Origin: Sphaerodactylus townsendi
Lineage: Eukaryota
Length of the DNA: 64,000 nucleotides
NCBI RefSeq assembly: GCF_021028975.2
Contig: NC_059426.1
Span: 143,158,001 to 143,222,000 of the forward strand
Direction of reading: 5' to 3'
Shown: piece after piece, positions 23,692-36,425 of the stretch
Layout of the letters: every line of letters begins with the position of its first letter
Position numbering within the stretch: the stretch's first letter is position 1
Translations under genes and position numbers: made by a program
Notes under the pieces: generated by a model
Databases searched by the model: none
Seen by the model: the letters and a program-made list of their open reading frames with translations, nothing else
Told to the model about the DNA's origin: nothing

Positions 23692-23985
23692 AAGAAGAAG
23701 AGTTTGGATTAATGTCCCCCCCTGTCTCTCTTGTAGGAGACTCAAAGGGGCTTATGATCTCCTTGCCCTTCCCCCCTCATAACAAACACCCTGTGAGGTG
23801 GGTTGGGCTGAGAGAGCTCTGAAGAGCTATGACTAGCCCAAAGTCACCCAGCTGGCATGTGCTGGAGTTCACAAGCTAATCTAGTTCCCCAGATAGGCCT
23901 CCACAGCTCAAGTGGCAGAGTGGGAAATCAAACCCAGTTCTCCAGATTAGAGTGCACCTGCTCTTAGCCACTATGCCACTGCTGC
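23692..23985 (-). mobile_element. Squam3-like SINE
   Basis: Full-length reverse-complement copy with (AAG)n tail. Confidence 0.92.
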
Positions 23986-24471
23986 ATGATTTGAATCCAG
24001 ACCTTCTGTCCCAAATCCTAGTGTTCAGTGATTCCCAGGGAAGTGGTTTGAGGAGTGTCTCTTCAGGCAATTGTTTTATTGCCAGGAAATGCACATATAT
24101 TACTTCTCACAGATAATCCAGTCCTCCTCCAACCCTGTGTGTGTGTGAGCAAGTGAGAGTATGTATAGGTATGTGTTGCCCTCTACAGCTATTACAGTGG
24201 TATCCCATTCATTCAGAGCCGGAATCTACCAGCTGTATGTCTCCAGATCATAGTTGTGTGAGCTGAGTTCCCGAAACACATGACTGGTGGGTTCCTACTC
24301 TGCGTAAATGGAACGTCAATATAATGTCTATGGAAGGCTTGTATATATTTACTAGCGGGGCCCGGCCACGCTAAGCTGCTGCTGTGTATGCATTGCCCTC
24401 CTCATCACAGTCCTGCTAACCCACACAGATGTCCATCCAGGGTCCAATGATCCCTCAGTATAGCCTTTGGG

Positions 24472-24801
24472 GGGCAGCAAGGCATGAAAGTGAAGCTAAG
24501 AGAGCAGGTGCACTCTGATCTGAGGAACCGGGTTTGATTCCCCAGCCTGCAGCTTGAGTTGTGGGAGGCTTATCTGGGGAATTCAGATTAGCCTGTGCAC
24601 TCCCACACACACACCCAGCTGTGTGGGACCTTGGGCTAGGGTCACAGCTTTTCGGATCTCTCTCTCAGCTGCCCCACCCACCTCCACAGGGTGTTTGTTG
24701 TGAGGGGTGAAGGGCAAGGGAGGTTGTAAGCTCCTCTTGGAGTCTCCTGGCACAGGAGAGAAAGGGGGATATAAATCCAAACTACTACTACTACTACTAC
24801 T
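24472..24801 (+). mobile_element. Squam3-like SINE with (ACT)n tail, indel-rich
   Basis: Homologous to 63379-63684 with many 1-bp indels; tail runs into the gap. Confidence 0.88.
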
Positions 24802-24940
24802 NNNNNNNNNNNNNNNNNNNNNNNNNNNNNNNNNNNNNNNNNNNNNNNNNNNNNNNNNNNNNNNNNNNNNNNNNNNNNNNNNNNNNNNNNNNNNNNNNNN
24901 NNNNNNNNNNNNNNNNNNNNNNNNNNNNNNNNNNNNNNNN
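24802..24940. other. Assembly gap (N run)
   Basis: N run after a SINE tail. Confidence 1.
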
Positions 24941-26974
24941 AAATGGAATCCCCTTTTCCCTTCTCAATTCACATTATTATATGGTGGTGCTGTCTTGGTT
25001 TTTCAGTGATAAGGTAAACCCCTTTCCATCTCCACACAACGGAACTGTCCAGAGTGCTAATCCCTGGCCTGTCCATGAGGCTGGCTTGACCACGATCCAT
25101 TGTCCTGGCTTTGGTAAGCGCGGTGGAACTGGGGCAAAGGAGGCTATCCCAGTCAGGCAGCAGAGGCAGGGTGGTGGAGGCTCAGGGGATCAAGGCCAGC
25201 TCCCCTGGATTTTGGGAAGGTCCCACTCTTGCAAAAAGTAGAAGCGGAGCCAAGTGCTTGGTTCAGCCCCACCCCGCTAATTCTTCTTAGAAGAAAAAGG
25301 CAAACTCCAGCTTGCTTTTAGTAAAAGAGAGCTGTGGCGAATATGGGTGAGGAAGTGGGTAAGTGGGGGTTGGATGTGAGGGAGGGCAGAATGAGGTCTG
25401 TGAGGATGAGCTGGATGTATATGAGAGTATGTGTGTTGTGTGGTAGTATTGGGTGAGGCACAGAGAGTGAAAGTTACCTGCAAGTGTGCGTAGGGGGGAA
25501 CTCCATCTGATGTCTCACACGGCAAAGTGTGAATGTGTTTCACTTCCACTTGTATTTCCTACCAGTATTACCTATTTACTGTTTTAAACTCGCTCTTCAT
25601 CTCTCTGCCCATCTGTGCAATAACATCTCTAAGCCCCCATACCAACCCCTCAGGCCACAGACAGGCTGCAAAACGCATCTCTATAAGTGACAGTTAAACA
25701 GAGGCAGCTTCATGAGCCTGCGTGCCAGGAAAAAAGAGATGTTTTTACCAATGGCTTGAGGTATGGACTTTATGATTTGAAGGTCTGATTACCTGCCCGC
25801 AACAGGGAGGGATGTCATGTGAAAATTTGGGGGCGATCCATCCAGTCATTTCGGCGTCAGAGAGTCACCAACAAACAAATGGTTAGCTTTATATATATAT
25901 AGATTATCCAAACATCAGTTGTAGGGAAATATTATTTCCCCAGATTTTAAAGCCCAACTTTGGGGGAAATTTATATCTCCTCAGTTCCCATATCTGGCTT
26001 TTGCTGCTTTTGATGTTTAGTGTGCTGTACAGGATATTGCTGTAAGTAATTACTTCTTGGTGCCTGTAGCATCATTGGAGACTAGGACTCAGGACTGAGT
26101 CATGTTAAAAGCCTTCCTTACTCATTCAAAGATTACATTTCTGGAGGCCATGCTATACTTCTCCCAAACAGTAGCATAACTTCCGTATTGTTACAATCAG
26201 TTTGAAGTAGGTAGTCCATCATATTGTGCAAGAATGTAAATTGTACTGCAGGAGTTGGGGAGAGCTCTCTTCAGTGAAGTTTTAGGATCCACAGAACAAT
26301 GATTTCATCTGTCTAAGAGATGCAAGACTGAATTGCTCTGCCTCCATGCCTCCCTCAAGGCTATAGAGTCTTAAAGAAAAGGGAGCCCTTAGAGTGACCC
26401 CACACCCTCACTGAGCTCCCTACCCTTGGGGCACCACTGGGCCACAGATCTCCAGAAGTTGCCCTAGCCAGCTTCTACAGGTCCCGCTTGGCTATCAGTA
26501 GATTAAGCAATAAGTTGTAGAGAGACGTCTCTGGAAGTGGGCAGAAGTGGTTAAATACAGCGCTAGGGACCCTAGTTCTGTCTTCAAACACACTAGTGCC
26601 TACAGACCCTATAATTTTAGTTTTTATACTCAAAGAAGTTGCACTCAAGAAACAGATCTCAGGAGAGGCAGCTATTGTTGGAATCTACGCAGTAGTTGAG
26701 GTCGATGGGTGGGGTTTATAGATTCTCTGTCTTCACGCATCATATTGATCTTGTTCAGTTCAGTGTATTATACTGAGCATTTCATTTATATAATGTGACA
26801 ATTTCCTATGGCTTTGTTTATTTTTAACCCCTTAACTTGCAAGCAATTTCCCAGCTTTGTTAAGAAGGCAGAGTCTGGAGGAAAGGTGGTCTGTTGGTCT
26901 GGAGGACAGGTGCAGATTTTAGGTACAAATTTACTTTTTAAAATGGTTAGAAACAGTACCCCTTGCCTAAAGGG

Positions 26975-29900
26975 AGTAGGCAAAGAGACGATGGTGGCGG
27001 GGTTCAGGATTACTCTGCTTCGCCGCTGGTGTTAATCAACGCCAGGTTCAGTCAATAAAACCGCCGTGTTCAGACCATTCCTCGGGTTCAGCAGATGGAC
27101 CTGGCTTTGTATCAACGTAAACCTGGCGCGGTGGAGGGTGAACCACTGCTTTAGGCGAAAGTCACGCCACCCGGGTTCGCGTCTCCACCAGCCGCCAACA
27201 CAGGGCCGGGAGGTGTATGCATGTTCAACTGCGGATTCCATCTTCTCTTCAGGGCTTACACCATCCCGAGATCGGGCCTGCATTGAAATGCCGCCTTCAG
27301 AGCTGGTTGGCCGGGAGAGCGATGGCGATCCTCCTGGTGTACCGGTCGCCTAGCGCAATTCAGGGGACTGCCTGCCGCGGCTGCTGGAGGTGGTATGGCG
27401 ACTACTGCGTTCCCCAGGCTTATTGTTCTGGGGGGGACTTTAATGTTCATGCTGACGCTACCATGTACAGTGGCCGCTGGACTCCGTGGTATCATCCATG
27501 GCTGCACTGGGCCTCCTTCTTGGTAAGTTCTACCCCACTCCACGTAGGCTTTGGCTATACGCTGGATTTGGTCTTCGTTTGGGTTGATATGGCTGCTGTC
27601 CCCTACGGATAGAGTGCTGTTCATGGTCTGACCATTACGCCTGAAGGTTCGGATGGCCCTGCTAACGCCAAACCCGCCTAGGCTAGGGTTGGATTTACCG
27701 CCGGAGACTTAAGGGATCCAAATGGTTTCCTGAATGCTCTGCGGGATCCTGGAACCCGCCGCACACTGGGATGAGCAGGTGGAGGACTGAACCTCGCCTC
27801 CGATGCCATCGAGACTGTTGTTCCCTCGGCCCTCTCAGAGACCGGGTGGTGGCTTCCTGGTATACCGGGTCAGCTGCTTCATATGAAAAGGGTGCTTAGA
27901 CGACTAGAGCTGTAGTGTATGCGAAAATTCAATGGAGCTTGCGCCAACATCTTATAAGTAGGACGCTTATGAAGGCCTATGCGAGATGGCAACGTAAGGA
28001 GTATGTAAGAGGGCTTCTTCTCCTCCCTCTCTCTTGCGCCTGCTAGCTCCTACCGCCTCGCAATAATTATTTCTGTATAATTCGGTTCCTGACCTCCCTA
28101 TCGGAAGGGGATCTACTAACCATCAATTGGCTATTAGCTTGTGAGGTATCTATGAGCTTCTTTGGCAGATAAAGTCACTGCCGCTCACTGGGACCTTTCC
28201 CGCAACGTTATCTACCAGGTGGCAAAACTGAGGCTCCCTTGTCGCCTTCGGGGCCCAAGTTTCAGCCCAGTTCTCCTGCTGCCTCCCAAGCCGCTTGCTG
28301 ATGTGGGCCTTGGCTGCTGTTAGACCTACTACCTGTCCTCTGGATCCGTGCCTCCCATCCTGGCTTATAAAAAAAGCTTGGCACATAAGTATGAGCTAAC
28401 AGCACCCCATCTGTTGAATATCATCATCATGACCCCTCATGGAGCAAGGGTCTTCCCGATGGGTTGAAGGGAGGCAGTGGTCCTTCCACTCTTAAAAGCA
28501 TATTCATCGCTAGATCCCGGGATTCAACACACCACCGCCTCCCATTTCTAACCTTTCGCCTCTGTGAAGGCTGTAAATTGAGAGAGTGGGTGTTGGAGCA
28601 GCTTCAGGGTTTCCTGATGACACATCGGCTCTCATCGAACCTTCCAGTCCTAAGCCTCGCGCTGGGTATTGGACGGAGAATCACTTGTCGCTATCAATGG
28701 ATAATTCCGTGATGCAACTTGACCGAGGATGTGGATCGGGCGCTTGCTGGTTTTGTTAGCCGATCTTACCTCAGAAGCTGATATGGTCGTATCACTTCAC
28801 TCCTGACCTTTGACCGCTTCTGGCCGCCTTCCGGGGTACCGGGCACATTGTCCCTTCAATGGATTGCCCTCAAGCTTCTCCGGGACCGAATCAGCAGCAG
28901 GTGCATTTGATGCTTCTCCCGGAGGTGCCCCCCCTCATCAGTGCGTGGAGGCACCCCAGGGAGCTGCTATCCCCTGGGCTGTTATTTAACACTATATATA
29001 ATTCACTCTTTGCTCAGTTGGTGTGCTGAGCTTTGGGTTGATCTGTCATCAATATGCTGGAAGGACACTCAGCTCATTCTGTTGATGGAGTGGGGAGCGT
29101 TGCCTCCTGCTCTCTCCAGCATGTTGTTTGGAGGCGGTAGGTGGATGGTTGCAGCAGAGCAGGCTGGCGTACTGAATCCATCGAAGACTTGAGATCCTCT
29201 TAGCTAGACCGCGAGGGGGTGAGTGCCCGGGGATTTCCAGCCGCTGCGTGTGGAGGGGGTCTCATTGCCGCTGTACCCCCTCCTGCTTCAAGAAGTCTGG
29301 GGTCCGCACCTGGATTTAGTCTCTCTCAATGGAGACCCAGGGTGTTCACACACCCGGACTGTATTTTTTCCATCTCTCGCTTGTGTCTCAAGGGTTGGCT
29401 CCTTCCTCTCCCAGGCGGATCTGGCCACTGTGATCCATGCAACGGTCACCGGAATTCCAGGCTTCTTGACTATTGTGAACTCGGCTGGTAGACTGGCCTT
29501 CCTTTATGCTTGATCTCGGAAGTTAAACTGGTCTAACATGTGGGTAGTACTTCAGTTCACAGGTGGCCGCCTTCAGAGAACACATTATTCCAGCCTGTGC
29601 TAAGTGCAGCTGCATTTGGTTCTCGGGTTGAATCTCAATCATCTTCAAGGTGGCTCTTTGACCTTCATACTTTATGCTGTACCTGGGACCCTGAAATGTC
29701 CTTGGACCGTGATTCACCCCCATATGTCTCTAATTCGGCCCCCTTCAAGCGCTCTGCAGGGCCAACCCATTGAGGATCCCCGGCCCTCTATGATGCGGCT
29801 GGTTCAATGCTGGCCAGATCGCTTAATGCACTGGCTCCCCGCCTGGTGGGAACACCCTTCCCTCCAGCTGTCCTGACCTATGGACCTGGGTTCAAAGTCT

Positions 29901-30277
29901 CCGCTGCAGGGCCTGCAAGAGCATTCGTGTTGTTCCATCTGGCCTTTGGAGTGTCCAGCTGCTGAACGTGCCCCTCACTGCTCTGTGCCTGGGAGAAAGC
30001 AGGTCAGGGTCCCTCTCATTGAGGGGGGGCTCTCACCCGCCCCTCATGGGGTTAGGTTTCTAAATCAGGGTTGGACGCCTCTTTGTTATTATATAGCTAT
30101 GGAGGTTATTCGCTGTTTTTATGAGTTTTAAGCTATTTTATGGGATGGAGCTTATGTATTTATATTTGTATGACCGCTCCTGTTGATGTTCAAATAATGT
30201 TGTTCACTGTCTGGAAATTCCTTCGGGATCGGGCGGTATATAAATTTAAGAAATAAATAAATAAATAAATAAATAAA
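26975..30277 (+). mobile_element. L2-clade LINE, near-complete ORF2 (APE endonuclease + RT), heavily frameshifted, with (TAAA)n tail
   Basis: Motifs in shifting frames: INARxVNKT, ILLVYRSP, GDFNVHA, TLDLVF, WSDHY (APE); PTTCPLDP..PSWL, LKxAVV, GxPQG, DTQL, LNPSKT, ATVIHATVT (RT and C-terminus); (TAAA)n at about 30251-30277. 5' boundary approximate. Confidence 0.9.
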
Positions 30278-32246
30278 TTTCAGTCTGCTTTCAGAGACAC
30301 TGTTACTTTGTGTCATTGTTCTTCTGTTGCATCATGTCCTGCAGAGACATAAGTTTGTATATAGTGAGAATAAATGATGCATTTCTGGCACATTCCCCCT
30401 CCCGTCCCACAAATGCTTGCAATTTCTGGAGCAGCAGCAAAATATGCTGACTGTGGTTTGAAGGTCCCACAGCAAAGTAACAAAAACCTGCTTGTAGATA
30501 CGGGGCTGAACTTTCATTCTATTCTGCAGTTATAAGCACAATATACATATTACAGTGCAAACATTGGTTTGTAAGAATGATCCAATGTATGTTCACTTTG
30601 CAGTTGAAACCTGGATAAATGTGGGGTTTGTATTGCACATTCAATGCTACATGTGTTGTTGAATGTAACGTGAGAATTAATCAATGCATGTATTAAAATC
30701 AAGTGTACTCTGTACATGAGTTGTACATATTTTCACTGAAATCTGTTAATTAAGTTATATTCTTTTGCTTTTGTGTGCAGATATCCATGTTTACACAAGG
30801 GTTAGAATTTAGAGCATTTTTTCATGTTCCTTTAATTTTGTTAAAATGGCAGCCTTTTTTGTGAGGTCAGGGAATTTGGTAGGAAACCATTTCCATTGTG
30901 GTTGTAATGTTGAATTTTATACTCCGCAGAGGAAATGGTTTTGTTGCTCACATTTCCTTGATATGTTGAGCTGTACGCCAAGGACCTTGGTGCAAAAAAA
31001 GATATCTCTGGCAGCTTCTGGAGGAGATCAAAATCCTGAAAGAAAGTTTCCTACTTAATGTAAATCCAACTTAATGGGCCACTGCGTAAAAAGTAAAGGT
31101 AATGCTGAACAAAACTTTGACTCATTGGGTCAAGGAACCATTGAAAACTATAGGTATGCTGTTCCAAAAAAATTCATTAAGCTGCCAAAATATTTTTGCT
31201 TCTGTCCAGGAAATAATTTACCATGGTTTCCTTCAAAAGACATCTTAACCTGTGTATTTTATTATCTGACTTGTCAGTTATTGTTTGCAACTAGTATTCT
31301 ATTTATATGTTGGATCTTTTTCTTTTTTTAAAGGAAATTAAGATAACCTCAGAGGCTTTTTGATATCAGGCCATGCTCTAGAGTAAGGAACTTCTATATT
31401 TCTCTCTCTCCATATTGGTGCACCTTGGGACTACAGTCTCCAAAAGATAGTAATCAAATAGCAATCTCCCTTTGATGCAATCTCTAATTACACTTCCATC
31501 CCCAGTTCTGTCCTTGAGTAAGCATGAGTGTCTCCCCATGACATCAAGGTTGTAATTATTTAACAAGCCTCACTCTCAAGCTCCCGTGCCTTGCCTCTTT
31601 TTGTGGTTTCACAAAACAAAGACATGACATCACAAAGAAGCAGAGGCGAGCTGGGCCGAGCAGTGCTCGGGTAAGGCTCTCGGCGACATGCTTTTCATCA
31701 TTCACTCATTTCCTTTAGAAAAAACCGAGTAGGTTGAGAACAGGGCTCTCCCACCTCAGGAACTACATTTCCCAGGGTCTCCTGGGAAATGTAGGGTTCC
31801 ACCACAGAACAGGGAAGGCCCGTTCTGCAGCCTGCTCAGTTTGCTAAAGTAAGTGAGGGGGGGGGCCGCAGGGGCTGCCGGGAATTCACCGCCCCTGCAG
31901 CCTGGGAGGGTGCTCCCTCATCTCCCACCTCTACTTTGTGGGAAAGAAGACATACGGCAGGTGGAGAACAGGCCTTCCTGTTCTCCAGCCTGCTCAGTTT
32001 TCTAAAGTAAGTGTGTGGGTGGGCTACTGCAGGGCGCCGTGGGGGCCTGGGGGGTGGTACGAAAAGGGGAGGCCGGGATTCGCGCCAGGCCCCCCCATCG
32101 TAACTCCAAATTGCGTGTGTTCGGTGCATCGCGCGCTACTCTACCGTTAGGGAGCTTTGCCACTGACAAAGAGGCAGGGGGAAGCTTGAAAAACAGGGAC
32201 CAGTTTTATAGCACAAGGATTTTGGAAAGGCTGGAGAAACTGCCAC

Positions 32247-32644
32247 CAGTGGCGTAGCTACAATGGGAACATCCGGGGACATTTGTCCCAGGCACCACCA
32301 TTGTACGTCACTTGGAGGGCATTTTATACCTTGCCCATCCCAGAAGGGCTCAGGGTGGCAACAACATGTTAAACCTACATTACAGGTAAAAATCATAATT
32401 TTAAAAATGGTCTCCATAACTTAAAAGATAGCCCAAAGGCAGGACCATGCCTGCCCAAACATAACTTTTTGTTAATCACAGGGTCAGTGCAGCTCTGTGT
32501 AGCCTGGGCTTCTGAGGCATTCATACCCAGCCTGGCAGGGGGCCATGGCCTTGAGGGGGTGGGGGTGCTGCCTCGCAGGGGTGCACGGCAGACAGGCCTG
32601 GGTGCCATTTTGCCTGGGCTCTGGTTCTGCTCCCTATGCCTCTG
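32247..32644. mobile_element. hAT MITE (CAGTGGCGTAG termini)
   Basis: cagtggcgtagct...ccctatgcctctg; perfect TSD actgccac (32239-32246 / 32645-32652). Confidence 0.88.
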
Positions 32645-32699
32645 ACTGCCACTCCCAAACTTTTTGGCAACAGCTCAGTCTTTTTTTAAAAAATTCTTT

Positions 32700-32908
32700 T
32701 AATTTATTTATATCACACTTTTCTTCCCAATGGTGACCCAGAATATCTTACATCGTTTCACTTGTCCTCCAGTTTCTCCTCACAAAAGCCTGATGAGATA
32801 GGTAAGATGAGAGGGCATGACTGCCCCAGGATCACCCAGTGAACTTCCATGGAAAGACCAGGTTTCCCAGATCCTAGTTCAGCATTCGTAACTACCACAC
32901 TGGCTCTC
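32700..32908 (-). mobile_element. Older CORE/MIR-related SINE
   Basis: cctcacaaaagcctgatgagatagg...actaccacactggctctc, reverse complement of a tRNA-headed CORE SINE. Confidence 0.7.
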
Positions 32909-34301
32909 CTGCTCTGAAGGAATGGGCAACAGTAACATTCATGTTTCCCTTCAAGTTCTCAGCCCTGATGACTTTCAGAAAGCAGTGTAACATTTTTTTT
33001 TGGAAGGAGTATGCATAGCCTTTGGGGGCTTGCTAGGGTTTTATTTATGTATGTTTCATAGCTGTTTCTGTGGTCATGCGATTGCTGTGAGCCATATTCA
33101 GTGTGATCACATAATATTATTTTAAACAAATAACATGGAGGATTTGAATTACCCCTTCTCAGAGTAAATCTTCAAAGACTGATCCATGGTGAAGTCAGAG
33201 TACAGTGTTATAGACCAGGGGTGTCCAACTCTGGTGCTTCAGATGTTCATGGACTTGTACAAAATCAGACCATTGGGAACCAAGGTCAGCCTTGTCTACT
33301 CTAACTGGCACTGACTCTCCAAGGTCTCGGAATAAGCTTTTTCACATCACCTATTACCTGAGCCTTATAACTGTAGATGCTGGGGATTAAACTTGGGACG
33401 TAGATGCTCTTGTGGCCCATTACTGAAAACCAATTTCCATTCCCTATTTTATTTTATTTATTTATTTATTTATTTATTCGATTTATTATACCGCCCCATC
33501 CCCGTAGGGCTCTGAAAGTTATTGAACTGTTGAATGTTGTAACCAATTGGGCTCAGTCCAGCTTCAGTGCTGTCCATCAGGAATCTGTAAAGCTCTTCAG
33601 TTTGTTAAATGCTAGGCCAGACCTTGACTCTGTGTGTGATCTCTTGCTTGATTCTGGCCTATGGGTGGCTCAAGCATGTTTTCCTTCCCACCCTTATCCT
33701 ACCCTCTTTGTCACAGGACCACGTCCCCATCTCCCTTTCCCTTCAGTGCATCAGATGGAGGGTGGTAATCCCGTTAGGTGCTTGCAATAGGCCTGCCGCA
33801 GAGTTTTCTCACAACGCCTGTGCCAGGTCGAGTGTCATTGCCAGCAGCGCTCTTGGCGGGATGAAGGTTGCATTAGTGAACAGTAATTGAAATGCAAAAT
33901 AACATTTTGATCGAGCGAACAGGCTGTTTATTTATCAGATCAATAGCCAAAATGCCCCATCTGGAGAAGTCAGTGTGATAATAAGTGATAGCATTCCAAG
34001 GGCAAGCAGAACACACACAGCAGGGGAGGGCATGCGGGAAGGTTGGGACGAGCTATGTGGTGGGTGTCTCCAGAACACCTTCCCTCTTCTCCTTTCCTTG
34101 TGAGAGGCAGCCGCCTTCATAGCGCCTTTTGCCAAGGGCAGCATGTTCATTGCCACATTTAGCAACAGGAAAACAAACATCCCTTAAATAGCCCATCGAA
34201 TCCAATTCTAGATGAGTGTGTGTGAAATCATATGCAGGAAATGTGTCCGTTTTATCTCCAGGGCTCAGGTTTGGGGTGCCATTCAGCAAGGATATTCATC
34301 A

Positions 34302-34306
<5 letters not shown>

Positions 34307-34335
<29 letters not shown>
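34307..34335. repeat. (TA)n microsatellite
   Basis: Visible run. Confidence 0.95.
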
Positions 34336-34338
<3 letters not shown>

Positions 34339-36425
34339 CTACCATTTCTAACCTTGAGATGGTTTGTAAGTAGTATAGTCTTCATTGTTCATGTAAGTTA
34401 CAACAATTATATGACTTGTATATTCTGTTTTTGTTTTGTTTGTGTTTTATTCTTTCCAGAGGGTTTAAACTTTGCAATCTTAGGCAGAGTAACTCCAGTC
34501 TGTGCCCATATATATTAATAAATTTAGATTGGAGTAGCTGTGCCTCAGATAGCACTATCAGTGTTTGCATATGCCAGATGCTTTTGCGTGATCAAACTGC
34601 TCCCCAATCAGAAAATGTATGTGACTGTTTTATTACCCCTTCCCTCTGTTCCCTCTATACGTGTTAAATTGAATGACTATTGTAATCCTTTCTACAAAGA
34701 TGATAACTAGCTCTATGGGTTCATAGAATCTCTTAACTTGTTCAGTTTCACAAGCCCAATTCACTTCTAGAAATCTTCGTTTAGATGTTATCCTACCAGC
34801 TGAGATTCAGCACATCAAAACAAGAGTTCTTTAATATATTCCTCCTTAAACCTTTTCCCGTCTTCATTGACAAACTCATCCATTTGACTTATGCCTGCAG
34901 CCTGTGGCTAAAATATATTTTTCAAAAGGAGTAATTCCTTACTACTACTACTGTCCAGTTTTGCTTCATGCCTTGAGCTGTCAATTTGGGGGAACCACTT
35001 TAGATATAAGATATGAGACCAACAAAACAAAACAAAATTTTTGTTTTCCAGAACAGATGTTTTCTTCTCTTGTATTAATTATTTTATTCATTCTTCTTTT
35101 CTTTCTCAACTGTGTGAGCAGTCTATTGGCATGTGACGGGGAGAAGGGGCAATAGTTTACAAGAAAGAACCATGAAGTACTCATGGAGGTATTCGCAAAA
35201 TGCTCTGGATGTTGTGATTATTACAGTCTTTTCACCAACCCTCCCGGTTCCTACCTTGACCTTCTTATCTCTGTTCAGATTGCAGCTGTTCAGTGTAGAA
35301 TGCTGCATTTAGACAACATCCATTTTATTTGCAGTATAAACTTTCTTGTGCTTAGCTCCAAGTTCTTCACTGCTTTGCTCCTCTTATTTTCTGCTCTGTC
35401 CCCGTACACAATTTTCCCTGTGCATCTCATGTCAGTTTTCCTCATACATCTTCAACAGAGTAATCAGGAAGCTGCTTTGCTATGCAGCTGGTAGTAATGT
35501 GCACTGAACTCCCCATGCAGCCAGTGCTGACTTCCAGTTCTGTTGATTGGACCTAATTTAGTTTCTGTGAAGAATGATGCCATGTGAGACTGCACACATT
35601 AAAGGGAAAGGACTTAAAATCAAGTGATAAACATGCCTGAAAAGGTATGTAGTGAAATGAATGGGATTTTGTTTTGTTTCAGACCTTTTGTGCCACTTAG
35701 CACTGCTCTAGAGAAACTTTGCTGCAGAAAGGACACAAAGGAACTGAGCCATACACACATGGGATTCCAGCTACCAAGATGGGATTTTATTTTGACTTTA
35801 ATTGGTGAACTGTAAAATGGCCATGAATGGCTATTGTGACAAAGAAGATTATGCAATCTTTGGATCTGTTATGTATGACAGATACAGGGATGTTCAGAAA
35901 CTCACTACCACCACCACTACCACCACAAATGTGATACCCCTTAGAAAACTTTTGCCCTTCTGCTGAAATTTCCCCAGAATTACTTCTAATTTCGCTGTAG
36001 GTGCAATCTCAATGCCAACCTTAATTGATACCCTTTTCACTGTAGGCCACACCTGGCATACTTTGTTCAGTCCAGTTTTGGGTGCCCATATTGCATTCAA
36101 GCTGGGACAGGTGAAAGGAAGAGGCATTATGGTGATAACAAGGAATAACAGGAATGGGAAAAAAATCATAGGCACAGATAAAGGGAACTATACAGGTTTG
36201 AAAAAGGAAACCCCCGGAGGGATAGGACAGCATTCCATAAGCATATCAGAGGCACATCAAAGTATTTGGCTTGGTTAAGAAGTCAGTAAATATAAAGAGT
36301 TAGTGCTTGTAAGCTACTCATGTTGACAAGTGGCTTGGACAATTAAAATTAGAGGGCTTTAAACTGCTACAAGTGTCAAATTGTGGAGTGGTCATACTTA
36401 TTGACTGGTGCAAAGAAACTCACTT

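Larger units (their letters stand above)
24352..25903 (-). mobile_element. Non-autonomous Helitron (contains a SINE and an assembly gap)
   Basis: Minus strand begins A|TCTATATATATATAAAGCTAACC and ends ...cacagcagcagcttagcgtggccgggccccgCTAG|T: canonical TC...CTAG termini, A^T insertion site, no TSD. Continuity across the gap is assumed. Confidence 0.75.
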
